From an uncultured bacterium (GTDB lineage: Bacteria > Desulfobacterota_D > UBA1144 > Nemesobacterales > UBA2774): a DNA stretch of 64,000 nt. Position numbers and translations under genes: made by a program. This document shows positions 52,175-62,481 of the stretch, piece after piece. The stretch lies in the NCBI GenBank assembly GCA_963825135.1, contig CAWGRW010000009.1, positions 1,664,001 to 1,728,000 on the forward strand, in the 5' to 3' direction. The number at the start of each line of letters is the position of its first letter. The stretch's first letter is position 1. The notes beneath the pieces were generated by a model. That model ran no database searches. It was not told the DNA's origin and saw only the letters and a program-made list of their open reading frames with translations.

Positions 52175-52609
52175 ATGCATATGAAAGCACTACTCAGCGG
52201 TGTTATTTTTACATCATTGGTTTTATTCATGCCTACCTGGGCCCGCGCGGCCGTATGGCAGCCTGTAGGTTTCGGCACCGTGGACGCCACTTCCAGATTC
52301 AGGGTTTTTATCGATACGGACAGCATACAGGGTTTTGGAGGAAAGGTCAGGTTCTGGCAGGGGCATGTGTTTAACGAGGAGCAGCCTCTACCGTCCGGAA
52401 AAACGTTCGTGAGGGTTTCGATCTCGCGCGTGGTCGACTGTGACGAGAAGAGCGATTCGAGCCTGCAAGCTATATTCTACGGTGCGGGTGGGGCTATCGT
52501 CGATAAATACGATACACGCGGCGTGATGAACTTTAGTCCGGTCAAGCCCGCTACGATAAGCGAAGCGGTTTTAACTTATGTCTGTAACTACGTAAATCGG
52601 AAAGGGTAG
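52175..52609 (+). CDS. Secreted protein, surface-adhesin-E-like
   Basis: Signal peptide; W...FIDTDSI...VRFW...VDC...YVC pattern. Confidence 0.6.
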   Translation: MHMKALLSGVIFTSLVLFMPTWARAAVWQPVGFGTVDATSRFRVFIDTDSIQGFGGKVRFWQGHVFNEEQPLPSGKTFVRVSISRVVDCDEKSDSSLQAIFYGAGGAIVDKYDTRGVMNFSPVKPATISEAVLTYVCNYVNRKG

Positions 52610-52618
52610 GAGTTCTTA

Positions 52619-53053
52619 ATGTACAGAAGATCGCCGTTAGCTATTGTGATGCTTTTTTCCGTACTGACTTTATTCTTTTCGTGCCGCGGGGACGAGTCCG
52701 AGAAGGACGGCTGGAAATACGTCGGTCCGATAAATGACGAGAAGGGGGCCAGCGTCCAGGTATATCTGGATGTGGCGAACATGGAAATCAATGGGAATAA
52801 AAGGAAGTTCTGGATCAAGTATGTGGCCAAGATAGAGAATGAAGGGGGGGCTCCGGAGGAATACATACGTCAGACGGGGTATTGGGAGATTGACTGCTTT
52901 GACAGGTCGTTATTCAGGCTTGCGGAGGAATATTACAGCCCCGGCGGCAAGCTGCTCGGGAGAACGGAAAAAAGGGTGAGAGAGGAATATAGCTCTTATG
53001 AGTCCCTCGGGGCTAAAATGTCGGACGCAGCCTGCCGGTATGCGGGGAAGTAG
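52619..53053 (+). CDS. Lipoprotein, surface-adhesin-E-like
   Basis: Lipobox FFSC; W.YV...YLD...KFW...EIDC...AAC pattern. Confidence 0.6.
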   Translation: MYRRSPLAIVMLFSVLTLFFSCRGDESEKDGWKYVGPINDEKGASVQVYLDVANMEINGNKRKFWIKYVAKIENEGGAPEEYIRQTGYWEIDCFDRSLFRLAEEYYSPGGKLLGRTEKRVREEYSSYESLGAKMSDAACRYAGK

Positions 53054-53148
53054 CGGACCGAGGTTTGAATATATTTGTTTGATTGCTTATAGCCTAACTA
53101 CTCCCCGTTCTTCACTGCTGAAATTTCGGGCTTTTTGATATCAACTCC

Positions 53149-53379
53149 TCAATGCTTAACGTCGCTCGGCAGCAACACCATTTCCCATATCGAAATCATT
53201 ACCTCTTCCTTTTCGGTCAGCACGGGCTTATTTCCCGTCATGATCTCTTTCGCGTACTTGTTGGCGAACTCGTTCAAGTCGCTTATGCTGACTTCCAATT
53301 CTTCCGGATGGTCATGAAACATCACACGGAATCCGACCTCCGTCTGTGTAGCCGTGAATTCGTTTAGTTCCCTGTTCAT
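53149..53379 (-). CDS. Small acidic hypothetical protein
   Basis: GGAG RBS; 76-aa ORF in otherwise empty space. Confidence 0.55.
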   Translation of the reverse strand: MNRELNEFTATQTEVGFRVMFHDHPEELEVSISDLNEFANKYAKEIMTGNKPVLTEKEEVMISIWEMVLLPSDVKH

Positions 53380-53679
53380 GTTTTATCTCCAATACTTACT
53401 TTAACCAAAATATAATCACGGGTTTCTCGTTTTAAAGGGGTGGATTGCGCATAACCGCCGGGCCTGTGTTCCGGATGGAATTATCCCATAATATGAAGAT
53501 CTTGCCCGTGCTATTCAGCCGAGTTTGATTCTGACCTTTCCGTTTGTGGCCAGGAGGCCGCATCTCCTCCACTGCCTGAGGCCTTCTTTCGAGCTCGTTC
53601 ATGGACAACCCCCCCCCGGTAGCGTTCATTCCGGCTACGTAATAATGTAAAATTAATAATATCAGATTCGGGAGGAGAT

Positions 53680-53958
53680 ATGGGCGGCCCATACTTCGAG
53701 GGAGATAAGGCGCTTGAGCGGCTTGGAGACTTGGCGGGGCTTATATGCGGGATAGCCGAGGGCGGGGGCCTCGATCACGGGGACAAGACGCTCCTCGAGG
53801 AGCTGCTTCGGGATATGGGCGCCGCGCTCAGGCAGAGGGACGTCGCCCGAGCGAAGGGGCTCGTGACGCGTATGCTGTCGGACGTACTCGGATATGACGA
53901 GGTACGGGCCAGATTCGTTATGAACAACCACCTGAACAAGAACGCCGGGTGGGAATGA
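53680..53958 (+). CDS. Hypothetical helical protein
   Basis: GGAGGAG RBS; 92-aa ORF. Confidence 0.55.
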   Translation: MGGPYFEGDKALERLGDLAGLICGIAEGGGLDHGDKTLLEELLRDMGAALRQRDVARAKGLVTRMLSDVLGYDEVRARFVMNNHLNKNAGWE

Positions 53959-53969
53959 GGGGCTCCCAC

Positions 53970-54536
53970 TTAGTCCCGATCCTCTGTTTCTTTCAATATC
54001 CTGTTGACCGCGTTAACGAGGTCGGTTTCGATGAAGTCGGCCTGGGGGGAAGTAATGTCGGAGCCTGTCAGGACCTGAATCGTTCTCAAACCCGAGCTCT
54101 TTCCGGCCAGCATGTCGATGTGCGAATCCCCGACCATCCATGATAACGGTTTACTGATGTCGCGGGAATCGCATATCACGTCGATCATACCCGTCTTTGG
54201 CTTCCGGCATTCGCAGGCCACGTTGTAAGGGGGCAAGCTGCCGCGGGGGTTATGGGGACAATATTCGTAATCCGTGATAAAAACGCCGTTATACTTGAGT
54301 ATCAAATCCAGGCAGTCGTGGAGCTCTTCCACGTCCCTCTCCGTGAGGTGTCCCTTCGCTATCCTGCCCTGGTTCGTCACGACGAACAGGAGGAATTCCT
54401 CCTCGATCAATTTCCTGAGCGCCGCGATATAGCTTTCCGGGATGAAGAAGTCCTCGACCCTGTAGATATACCTCTCGCCGCCCTGGGGCAGAAGTATAGT
54501 TTTATCCCTGTCGAGAAAAACCGCCTTTAAGTTCAT
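53970..54536 (-). CDS. gmhB: HAD-IIIA phosphatase, D,D-heptose-1,7-bisphosphate phosphatase-like
   Basis: FLDRD, VTNQ, CPH...CECRKPKTGM, MVGD. Confidence 0.8.
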   Translation of the reverse strand: MNLKAVFLDRDKTILLPQGGERYIYRVEDFFIPESYIAALRKLIEEEFLLFVVTNQGRIAKGHLTERDVEELHDCLDLILKYNGVFITDYEYCPHNPRGSLPPYNVACECRKPKTGMIDVICDSRDISKPLSWMVGDSHIDMLAGKSSGLRTIQVLTGSDITSPQADFIETDLVNAVNRILKETEDRD

Positions 54537-54702
54537 GTGGCTTTGCCATATCTCCTGAAATTAACTGTAACCGCTTAGTGAAACACAGCCAATAACCGGA
54601 CGCCGTTACCGGCTTTCAGGATAATTTGTCGGGTTATCGGGTTCGACGGGCTCTTCTGAAAAATGATAGATAGCGAGCGGTTGCTGGATATGGGGCCGCG
54701 GC

Positions 54703-54918
54703 TTATTTGCCCGCGGTCTTGAAATACTTATCTCTGGCTTCTTTTGGAAGGTGCTTTTTCAGATATTCCGTCACGGCTTCCCTTACGATCTGCGCGGGCC
54801 TCATCTGCAGGTGCCACTGCGACTCGTTCAGCATATCCACAAACTCCTGGGAAGCTTTGACATATATGGCTTTTTCGAGGGTTTCTTTCTTACTCTTTTC
54901 TTTCTTCTTGGTAACCAT
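54703..54918 (-). CDS. Small ribbon-helix-helix-like DNA-binding protein
   Basis: AIYVKASQEFVDML...AQIVREAVTEYL. Confidence 0.55.
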   Translation of the reverse strand: MVTKKKEKSKKETLEKAIYVKASQEFVDMLNESQWHLQMRPAQIVREAVTEYLKKHLPKEARDKYFKTAGK

Positions 54919-55276
54919 ATTTTAAATATATAACATAGTCCGGATATAAAATGAATAGACGATTTTCCGCTGTTATTCTTTTTGCTGCATGCCCGGGCGA
55001 CGGGGGAATATTGTTTAATAAATATTTGTAATGTTTTCTGTATATTATCGGGGCGGACAAAAAGTGAAGAAATCCTCCTGAATTTTTGTGCCCGGCCGCC
55101 CGGATAAGGCTGTTGACATATTGTTTATGACGGAAAGATGAATAAAGTATATGTGTATAGTCCGGAGCGAGAGGCTTCCAGTACGTTACGATTCGGTGCT
55201 GCGCCGCTCCTGCAGGAATCGATTTCGGCTGTCAAGCGTCCTAATCTATGAAGGGTCCGCGCCGAGGGGGTAAGCG

Positions 55277-56368
55277 ATGAAGTGGTCATGGAAGATAGGC
55301 GAGTTCGCGGGCATAGGGGTCTACGTGCATGCGACTTTTATGCTCATTATCGCCTGGGTGATTCTGATTCACTGGAGCTCGGGACATGACGTGGCGACTA
55401 TCGTATCGGGGGTCGTGTTTGTTCTCTCCCTTTTCTTCTGTATCGTGCTCCACGAATTCGGACACGCCCTCACGGCGAGGAGGTACGGAATAAAAACCCG
55501 AGATATAACCCTCCTGCCCATAGGGGGCGTGGCCCGTCTCGAGCGCATGCCCGATGACCCAATGCAGGAGTTCTGGGTGGCTCTCGCGGGTCCTGCGGTG
55601 ACGGCAGCTATCGCGGCGCTTTTGTATCTCTGGCTTCAGCTGACAAACGGATTTATCCCCATAGACAAGCTCACTCTGGCTCAGGGCTCGTTCGTCGAGC
55701 GTCTCATGTTAGTGAATGTATTCCTTCTTGTCTTTAATATTATCCCTGCGTTTCCGATGGATGGTGGCCGGGTGTTGAGAGCGCTCCTCGCATTGCGCTG
55801 GGATTACACGAAAGCTACTCAAACGGCCGCTACCATAGGACAGGCTATCGCCTTGATTTTCGGCTTTGTCGGTCTTTTTACCAACCCTTTCCTTATTTTC
55901 ATAGCACTTTTCGTGTGGATAGGGGCCGCTCAGGAGGCGAGCATGGTAAAGATAAAATCCGCCCTGGGCGGAATTCCGGTGTATAAAGCCATGCTTACCG
56001 ATTATAAAACAATAAGCCCCGGGGATAAGTTAACGTATGTTGTGGAGCTCACAATGTCGGGCTCACAGCAGGACTTTCCCGTTGTCGACAACGGAGGACT
56101 GGTTGGGATAGTCCCGCACGCGGACTTCATAAAGGGACTTGCAGAAAAAGGCGAATCTGCTTATGTCGGAGATATAATGAGGCGGGAGTTCGAGGTCGTG
56201 GACCCCGGAGAGATGCTGGAGTATGCGTTCGCTCGTCTGAAGACGAGCGATTTCTATACCATTCCTGTTGTTAAGAACGGCAGTTTGGTAGGACTGCTGA
56301 CTCTGGATAACGTGGGAGAATTCATGAGGATCCAGTCGGCCGTGACGGGCTCGGGCACGCATATATAA
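55277..56368 (+). CDS. Site-2 protease (M50) with CBS domains
   Basis: HEFGH, ALAGP, FNIIPAFPMDGGR, two CBS repeats. Confidence 0.92.
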   Translation: MKWSWKIGEFAGIGVYVHATFMLIIAWVILIHWSSGHDVATIVSGVVFVLSLFFCIVLHEFGHALTARRYGIKTRDITLLPIGGVARLERMPDDPMQEFWVALAGPAVTAAIAALLYLWLQLTNGFIPIDKLTLAQGSFVERLMLVNVFLLVFNIIPAFPMDGGRVLRALLALRWDYTKATQTAATIGQAIALIFGFVGLFTNPFLIFIALFVWIGAAQEASMVKIKSALGGIPVYKAMLTDYKTISPGDKLTYVVELTMSGSQQDFPVVDNGGLVGIVPHADFIKGLAEKGESAYVGDIMRREFEVVDPGEMLEYAFARLKTSDFYTIPVVKNGSLVGLLTLDNVGEFMRIQSAVTGSGTHI

Positions 56369-56488
56369 TAAGTCGAAGCCCGTTTGGAAAGCTCTCCCGC
56401 CGGGGCCGATCCGGTTATACGGGCGGGACGGAGGTATTATAGCCTTAATGAGATCAATTGAATTCGCGGGATTGATCCGGGTGCGATA

Positions 56489-58741
56489 ATGGAAGAAAAG
56501 ACTCAAGACATAAAGACGGGACCGCAGGCTACCAGGCGCCTCCATGTAACGGACATGAGCTGCGCGGGCTGCGTTGAGACAGTCGAAAAGACCCTGAAAT
56601 CGGTCCCCGGGGTATGCGAAGCTCAGGTTAACTTTGCCGAGAGGACGGCTACCGTCACGGGAGACGTTTCTCCGGACGAACTCGTAAAAGCCGTCGGCAA
56701 GGCCGGCTATACCGCGTCGCTTCTTGAGGACGAGGACTCCGAATCGGAAAAGGAAAATGCGGAGCTCGCGCATTACAGGACGCTACTCCGTCAGACCGTG
56801 GTTTCAGGCGCAATAAGCGTAATAATATTCGCGGTAAGCATGTTTGATGTGCTCCCTTCCCTCGATTCCGCTTCGGGGAGGATTTCATGGGGCGTCGTCT
56901 CCCTGCTAACCCTTTTCGTTCTCGCATACGGCGGCGGCCGCTTTTTCACGGGCGCCTGGAAATCCTTCCGGAACCACAACGCGAACATGGATACGTTGAT
57001 TGCCATCGGCACGGGAGTCGCGTGGCTGTATTCGTCTTTCGTGATTCTTTTCCCGGGCGCCGTGGGCGAGATCGCGAGACACCTTTATTTTGAGACGGCG
57101 GCGTTGATAATAGCCTTTATCAACCTTGGCTCAGCCCTCGAAATGAGAGCCCGCGGCAAGACCTCCCAGGCGATAAAGCGTCTCATAGGTCTTCAGCCCA
57201 GGACGGCGCGGGTCATAAGAGGGCCTGAGGAGGTCGATATCCCGATCGGGCTCGTAGTTTCAGGCGATATCGTGCGCGTCAGGCCGGGCGAGAAGATACC
57301 CGTTGACGGAGAGGTGACGGAGGGCTCTTCACATGTCGATGAATCGATGCTCACGGGCGAGCCTATCCCCGTCGAGAAGAAGAAGGGAGACCCTGTCGTG
57401 GGCGGGGCAATAAATAAATCCGGGAGCTTTTTGTTCAGGGCGACCCGTATCGGCAAAGACACTGCTCTCGCCCGGATTATCGATATGGTTCGTAAGGCGC
57501 AGAATACGAAGCCCGAGATCGGGAGGCTTGCGGACAGGGTCTCCGGCATATTCGTCCCGTCCGTCCTTATCATAGCCGTAATCACGATGCTCGCGTGGTT
57601 TAATTTCGGCCCCTCTCCCCGGATCACGTATATGCTGGTCACGACCATGGCCGTGCTTATCATAGCGTGCCCCTGCGCGCTCGGTCTTGCGACCCCTATA
57701 TCGGTGATGGTCGGTGTGGGCAAAGCGGCCGAATACGGGGTGCTCATAAGGAAAGGGGACGCGTTACAGCTGGCGGGTCAGCTTACGACGATCGTGCTCG
57801 ATAAGACGGGGACGATTACCGAGGGGAAACCCGTTTTAACCGCGGTTGAGCCGGTTTCGGGAATATTGAGCGAAGAGGCGTTGCTGGCGCTCGCGGCGAG
57901 CGCGGAAAGCGGATCCGAACATCCTCTTGCTCAGGCGATTGTCGAAGCTGCAAAATTGAAGAACGTGGAGCTGAAACCCGCGGAGTCGTTCGAGGCCTTA
58001 TCGGGACACGGCGTTAGGGCGGTCCACGGCGGAGATACGGTGCTGCTCGGCAACAGGAAGCTGATGGCTGATAATAAGATCGATACGGCGCAGATGAATG
58101 ACGCTGCCGAGAGCATGTCGAGGCGCGGAAATACAGTGGTGTTTGTAGCTGTTAACGGGACAGCGGCCGGCGTGCTGGGTATCTCCGACCCCGTCAAGCC
58201 TGATTCGAGGGAAGCCGTGGAGAGGCTCCGTAAACAGGGGATCAGGGTGATAATGCTCACCGGGGACAACCGGGTCACGGCGCAGTCCGTGGCGGAGCAG
58301 GTGGGTGTGGATGATTTCATCGCCGAGGTGCTGCCGGAAGACAAGGCCAGGGAGATTTCCAGGCTTCGGGAAAGCGGAGAGAAGGTGGGCATGGTAGGGG
58401 ACGGAATTAACGATGCCCCCGCCCTGGCTGGAGCGGATGTAGGGTTCGCTATAGGTACGGGGACGGATGTCGCGATTGAGAGCGCCGATATAACGCTAAT
58501 GAGGGGATCGCTCCACGGAGTCGCCGATGCCGTGGGGATTTCAAAAGCGACATTGAAAAACATCAAAGAGAATCTATTGGGGGCATTCGCTTACAATGCT
58601 TTAGCCATACCGGTTGCGGCCGGGATACTGTTCCCGTTTACGGGGCTCCTGCTCAATCCCGTCATAGCGGGGGCCGCGATGGCCCTCTCTTCGGTAACGG
58701 TCGTAACGAACGCGAACAGGCTCAGGTGGTTTAAGCCGTGA
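56489..58741 (+). CDS. copA: Cu(I)-translocating P1B-type ATPase
   Basis: MSCAGC, TGE, CPC, DKTGT, SEHP, GDGIND, YN and MALSS. Confidence 0.93.
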   Translation: MEEKTQDIKTGPQATRRLHVTDMSCAGCVETVEKTLKSVPGVCEAQVNFAERTATVTGDVSPDELVKAVGKAGYTASLLEDEDSESEKENAELAHYRTLLRQTVVSGAISVIIFAVSMFDVLPSLDSASGRISWGVVSLLTLFVLAYGGGRFFTGAWKSFRNHNANMDTLIAIGTGVAWLYSSFVILFPGAVGEIARHLYFETAALIIAFINLGSALEMRARGKTSQAIKRLIGLQPRTARVIRGPEEVDIPIGLVVSGDIVRVRPGEKIPVDGEVTEGSSHVDESMLTGEPIPVEKKKGDPVVGGAINKSGSFLFRATRIGKDTALARIIDMVRKAQNTKPEIGRLADRVSGIFVPSVLIIAVITMLAWFNFGPSPRITYMLVTTMAVLIIACPCALGLATPISVMVGVGKAAEYGVLIRKGDALQLAGQLTTIVLDKTGTITEGKPVLTAVEPVSGILSEEALLALAASAESGSEHPLAQAIVEAAKLKNVELKPAESFEALSGHGVRAVHGGDTVLLGNRKLMADNKIDTAQMNDAAESMSRRGNTVVFVAVNGTAAGVLGISDPVKPDSREAVERLRKQGIRVIMLTGDNRVTAQSVAEQVGVDDFIAEVLPEDKAREISRLRESGEKVGMVGDGINDAPALAGADVGFAIGTGTDVAIESADITLMRGSLHGVADAVGISKATLKNIKENLLGAFAYNALAIPVAAGILFPFTGLLLNPVIAGAAMALSSVTVVTNANRLRWFKP

Positions 58742-58754
58742 GCACGGAGAGAGC

Positions 58755-59129
58755 ATGGATATCGTAGTCAACATACTCGGGGTTGTGACGGCCGCATACA
58801 TAGTGTGGTGGTTCTGGATTTCGAAAACCGGGAGTGAGGCGCGTACCCGGGGCGATGTAATCAATGTTGTCGTTGACGGCGGGGTGTACACGCCTTCAGT
58901 GCTCCGCGTACCCGCGGGAACGCCCGTTACCCTGCGTTTTGTAAGGAAGGACCCGAGCCCGTGCGCTGAAAAGGTTATATTCAGCGGCCTCGATATAAGC
59001 GCCGATCTCCCGCTCGGAAAACCCTACGACCTCAGTTTCACTCCCGGGAAAGCGGGGGAATACGATTTCACGTGCCAGATGGCGATGTACCGCGGCAGAC
59101 TTATAGTTGAAGAGAAGAAGAAATCCTGA
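58755..59129 (+). CDS. Membrane-anchored cupredoxin-domain copper chaperone (CupA-like)
   Basis: TM anchor, GVYTP, C...FTCQMAMYRG. Confidence 0.8.
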   Translation: MDIVVNILGVVTAAYIVWWFWISKTGSEARTRGDVINVVVDGGVYTPSVLRVPAGTPVTLRFVRKDPSPCAEKVIFSGLDISADLPLGKPYDLSFTPGKAGEYDFTCQMAMYRGRLIVEEKKKS

Positions 59130-59291
59130 AATGGGCGGACTGTTTCTCAAAACCCGTCCTATGACCAAGAATTCGGTACTCTCTTCTCAGGCCCGGCCTT
59201 TAATACCGATCCCAAATGCGGATATCGGGAAGCGCCGGTTCTTTTATTCTGACAAAAAGGAGAGCTTCCCGGGATACGGCACGGGTAAGAC

Positions 59292-59495
59292 CTACTGGGA
59301 AACCTTGTTGACCTTGCTGGCTTGAAGTCCCTTGGGACTTTCGACTACCTCGAACTCGACTTCATCGCCTTCGGCCAGGGTTCTGAAGCCGGATCCTTCG
59401 ATGGCGCTGTAATGAACGAATACATCTTTACCGTTGTCCTGCTCGATGAATCCGAAACCCTTGGACTCGTTGAACCATTTAACCTTACCTTTCAA
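59292..59495 (-). CDS. Cold-shock protein (TTG start)
   Basis: [30 protein letters not shown]. Confidence 0.95.
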   Translation of the reverse strand: MKGKVKWFNESKGFGFIEQDNGKDVFVHYSAIEGSGFRTLAEGDEVEFEVVESPKGLQASKVNKVSQ

Positions 59496-59676
59496 AATTA
59501 ATTCCTCCAAAAATATGATTTATGCAAGAGTACATACTTTTATTTTTTAGTCAACAGGATGTAAATTATTTTTATTCGGCCGCACTGTATTTGACTTTAA
59601 AATATAATCTATATAGCCTAAATCCAGCTGATCGTATATGACTAAAATTTGAAGAAATGTTGGAGGTATTTAAATA

Positions 59677-60195
59677 ATGGCAAACGAAAGACCGAATGTT
59701 GTTAAGATGAAGGGCAACCCCGTGACCCTGCTCGGAAATGAAGTGAAGGTCGGGGACAAAGCGCCTGATTTCACGGCGCTTGCCGGTCTCGGGGCGCCCG
59801 TCGGACTCGGCGATCTCAAGGATAAGGTTAAGGTATTCAACGTCGTCATTTCGGTTGATACGCCTGTTTGCGACGTTCAGACGAAGAGGTTTAACAAAGA
59901 GGCCGCCGGTCTCGGGGACGGCGTCGAGATCGTAACGTTGAGCATGGACCTCCCGTTCGCGCTCAAGCGCTACTGCGCTGCCGAGGGGATCGACAGGGTG
60001 AAGACGTTATCCGATTATCAGAATGCGTCCTTCGGGGAAGCGTACGGTGTGCTTATAAAAGAAAACAGGCTCCTGGCCAGATCGATTTTCGTCGTGGATA
60101 AAAATAACACGGTCAGACACGCGGAATATGTCGACGACATAACGCACGAGCCAAACTACGACGCGGCAATAAAAGCCGTTAAAGAGTCTCTTTAA
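59677..60195 (+). CDS. tpx: Thiol peroxidase
   Basis: SVDTPVC, SMDLPFA..RYC, LLARS. Confidence 0.93.
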   Translation: MANERPNVVKMKGNPVTLLGNEVKVGDKAPDFTALAGLGAPVGLGDLKDKVKVFNVVISVDTPVCDVQTKRFNKEAAGLGDGVEIVTLSMDLPFALKRYCAAEGIDRVKTLSDYQNASFGEAYGVLIKENRLLARSIFVVDKNNTVRHAEYVDDITHEPNYDAAIKAVKESL

Positions 60196-60225
60196 ACCTG
60201 AAACGAACGGAATAATAATAGCACT

Positions 60226-60272
60226 CCCCTGATCGTTTGCGGAATAGAAGCCTGATTCCGTGCGGTCGGGGG
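60226..60272 (+). terminator. Hairpin downstream of tpx
   Basis: cccctgatcg / cggtcggggg outer stem with cggaat / attccg inner stem; no T tract. Confidence 0.35.
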
Positions 60273-60363
60273 CTAGGATTACGTTCCGGCAGATACGCCT
60301 TTAAAATTCCTTCCCCTGTATGTATCCTAAAGATAGAGGCAAATCAGCTAAGGAGGCTCCGCC

Positions 60364-60909
60364 ATGGGGTTTGGTAAAATGATTTCCGGCCTTTTTAAAA
60401 AGGACGCAGAGGATGATGTACGGGCGAATAAGAGCGATACCGATGCCGTTTCTTCTGCCGGGGTTTTAGAAGAAAATAAAGATTCGACCACGTTACCGGC
60501 GGGTGAAAGTAAGGACAATCATATTCCCGAAGATGTGCGGGAAGCCGCTTCAGACGGGGGGGGGCATGAGGACTCGGGCGTAGACTCATCCGGCGGTTCC
60601 GCCCCGGGCGGTGTAACCGAGGAGAAGATCCTCGAGGTTCTGGGTAACGTATACGATCCTGAAATACCCATAGATATTGTAAATCTCGGACTGATATACG
60701 GTATAGATATAAAAGACGGGAACGTACGAATAACCATGACGATGACGGCTCCGGGATGCCCCGCTTCCACGCAGATAGTCGGGGAATCGAAGATACTGGT
60801 CGAGGAGATTCCCGGCGTGGAAAGCGTGGAGATAGATCTGGTCTGGGACCCGCCATGGGACCCGAGCAAGATGAGCGACGATGCCCAGCAGAGCATGGGG
60901 ATATTCTGA
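60364..60909 (+). CDS. DUF59/SufT-like Fe-S cluster assembly protein with acidic N-terminal extension
   Basis: VYDPEIPIDIVNLGLIY, TMTAPGCP, WDPPW. Confidence 0.88.
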   Translation: MGFGKMISGLFKKDAEDDVRANKSDTDAVSSAGVLEENKDSTTLPAGESKDNHIPEDVREAASDGGGHEDSGVDSSGGSAPGGVTEEKILEVLGNVYDPEIPIDIVNLGLIYGIDIKDGNVRITMTMTAPGCPASTQIVGESKILVEEIPGVESVEIDLVWDPPWDPSKMSDDAQQSMGIF

Positions 60910-60957
60910 TCGAAGTTCCATCCGGCTCTGTCAGTTCCGAAACGGCGCAATAAACAT

Positions 60958-61698
60958 ATGTCCCCCCTTACTAATGGTGTTTTCATAACCGGTACGGATA
61001 CGGGCGTCGGTAAAACCGTGATAACCGCCGCTCTGGCCTGGACCATGGTTCAGGCGGGCAGGAAGGTGGCCGTGATGAAACCGGTACAGACCGGGACCGG
61101 GCTTCCCGGGCTCACGGACATCGAATTTATAGAACGCGTGCTTGGTGCTAAATATGATGTCGACGATGTATGCCCTTATAGATTCCGGGAACCGCTTTCT
61201 CCGCTGTCGGCTTCAAAAATTTCCGGAATAAAAATTGATACCGAGAGAATTAAGCAGGCTTATCACAAACTTCGTTCTATGAGCGACCTCGTCGTCGTCG
61301 AAGGCGCGGGAGGTCTTCTCGTTCCGATACTCGACAATTATTTGATGGCGGACCTCGCTTCGGACCTCGGCCTTCCCCTTCTTATAGTCACGCGCCCGGA
61401 CCTCGGCACGTTGAACCACACGGCCCTTACGGTCGAGTCCGCGAGAAGGAGAGGCATAGATGTAATCGGGATCGTCATTAACCGTTTTCCTCCGTCTCCG
61501 GGATTGGCCGAACGCACCAACCCCGAGCTCATCGCAAGTATGACCGGAGCGCCTATCGCGGGGGTCTTTCCGTTGGACCGTTCAATGTCTGTCGAGGAAG
61601 GCAGGACTGGAGGCATACGAGAGCTTGCCCGCCCCGCTTTCGCCCCCTCCCTGGGCGGGACGTTCGACTTTCAGGAATTTCTCGGGCGTCTGCGTTAG
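60958..61698 (+). CDS. bioD: Dethiobiotin synthase
   Basis: TGTDTGVGKT, KPVQTG, EGAGG, LGTLNH. Confidence 0.95.
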   Translation: MSPLTNGVFITGTDTGVGKTVITAALAWTMVQAGRKVAVMKPVQTGTGLPGLTDIEFIERVLGAKYDVDDVCPYRFREPLSPLSASKISGIKIDTERIKQAYHKLRSMSDLVVVEGAGGLLVPILDNYLMADLASDLGLPLLIVTRPDLGTLNHTALTVESARRRGIDVIGIVINRFPPSPGLAERTNPELIASMTGAPIAGVFPLDRSMSVEEGRTGGIRELARPAFAPSLGGTFDFQEFLGRLR

Positions 61699-61893
61699 AC
61701 CTTACCTTTTGCCATCAAAAAATCGCAATATTGCGGGATTGCCTGTCTCCATATGTGTCCGCAGGGATTCGCATTTTAAGGCCGCACGGCGGAACTTGAC
61801 AGATTTCCTTGGTATGATATACATACTAGGCGTTTTTTGAGTACTTTGATTTAACTTTCCAAATGGACACACTCCAGAGCTAAGGTAAATAGG

Positions 61894-62469
61894 ATGAGAA
61901 AACGGATTACATTGCTTTCAGTGCCTGTTCTGACACTGGCTATTTTTCTGGGTTTGTATTTTTTCGATAACGCTGAAAGCAGCAGCAGGGGGCCAGTTCA
62001 GCCGGTCAGGTTCAGCCACAAAATCCACGCCGGAAGCGAGAACGATAACATTCCCTGTCAGTACTGCCACAGCTTCGTGGACGTTTCACCTAACCCCGGG
62101 ATACCTTCGGTCAAAAAATGCATGGGGTGCCATACTCATATTGCGGGTCGCGACGTCGACTATGACTTCGACGGCACTACGATCAATCTCAAGAACGAAA
62201 TAGCTAAAGTCAGAGAGCATTGGGCGAAGAAAGAGCCTATACCATGGAACAAGGTCAACTCCATGCCCGGGTATGTCCACTTTAACCATAAGAGGCATAT
62301 CAAGCGCGGCTTTGAATGCGCGGCCTGCCATGGGGACATAGCGAACATGAACCAGGTGTATCAGGTAAACAGGCTCAACATGGGATTCTGTATTACCTGC
62401 CATGCCCAGAATGCAAAAGATCATGAGGAATTGACACACCTCAAAGACTGTCTTACGTGTCATTATTAA
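61894..62469 (+). CDS. Membrane-anchored pentaheme cytochrome c (ActA/QrcA-like)
   Basis: QPVRFSHKIH; CQYCH, CMGCH, CAACH, CITCH, CLTCH. Confidence 0.88.
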   Translation: MRKRITLLSVPVLTLAIFLGLYFFDNAESSSRGPVQPVRFSHKIHAGSENDNIPCQYCHSFVDVSPNPGIPSVKKCMGCHTHIAGRDVDYDFDGTTINLKNEIAKVREHWAKKEPIPWNKVNSMPGYVHFNHKRHIKRGFECAACHGDIANMNQVYQVNRLNMGFCITCHAQNAKDHEELTHLKDCLTCHY

Positions 62470-62481
62470 TTGGAGGAGGAA

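Noticed and set aside
53432..53602. Possible 56-aa minus-strand ORF (MNELERRPQ...)
   Set aside because: Has a G-rich upstream run but no other coding support
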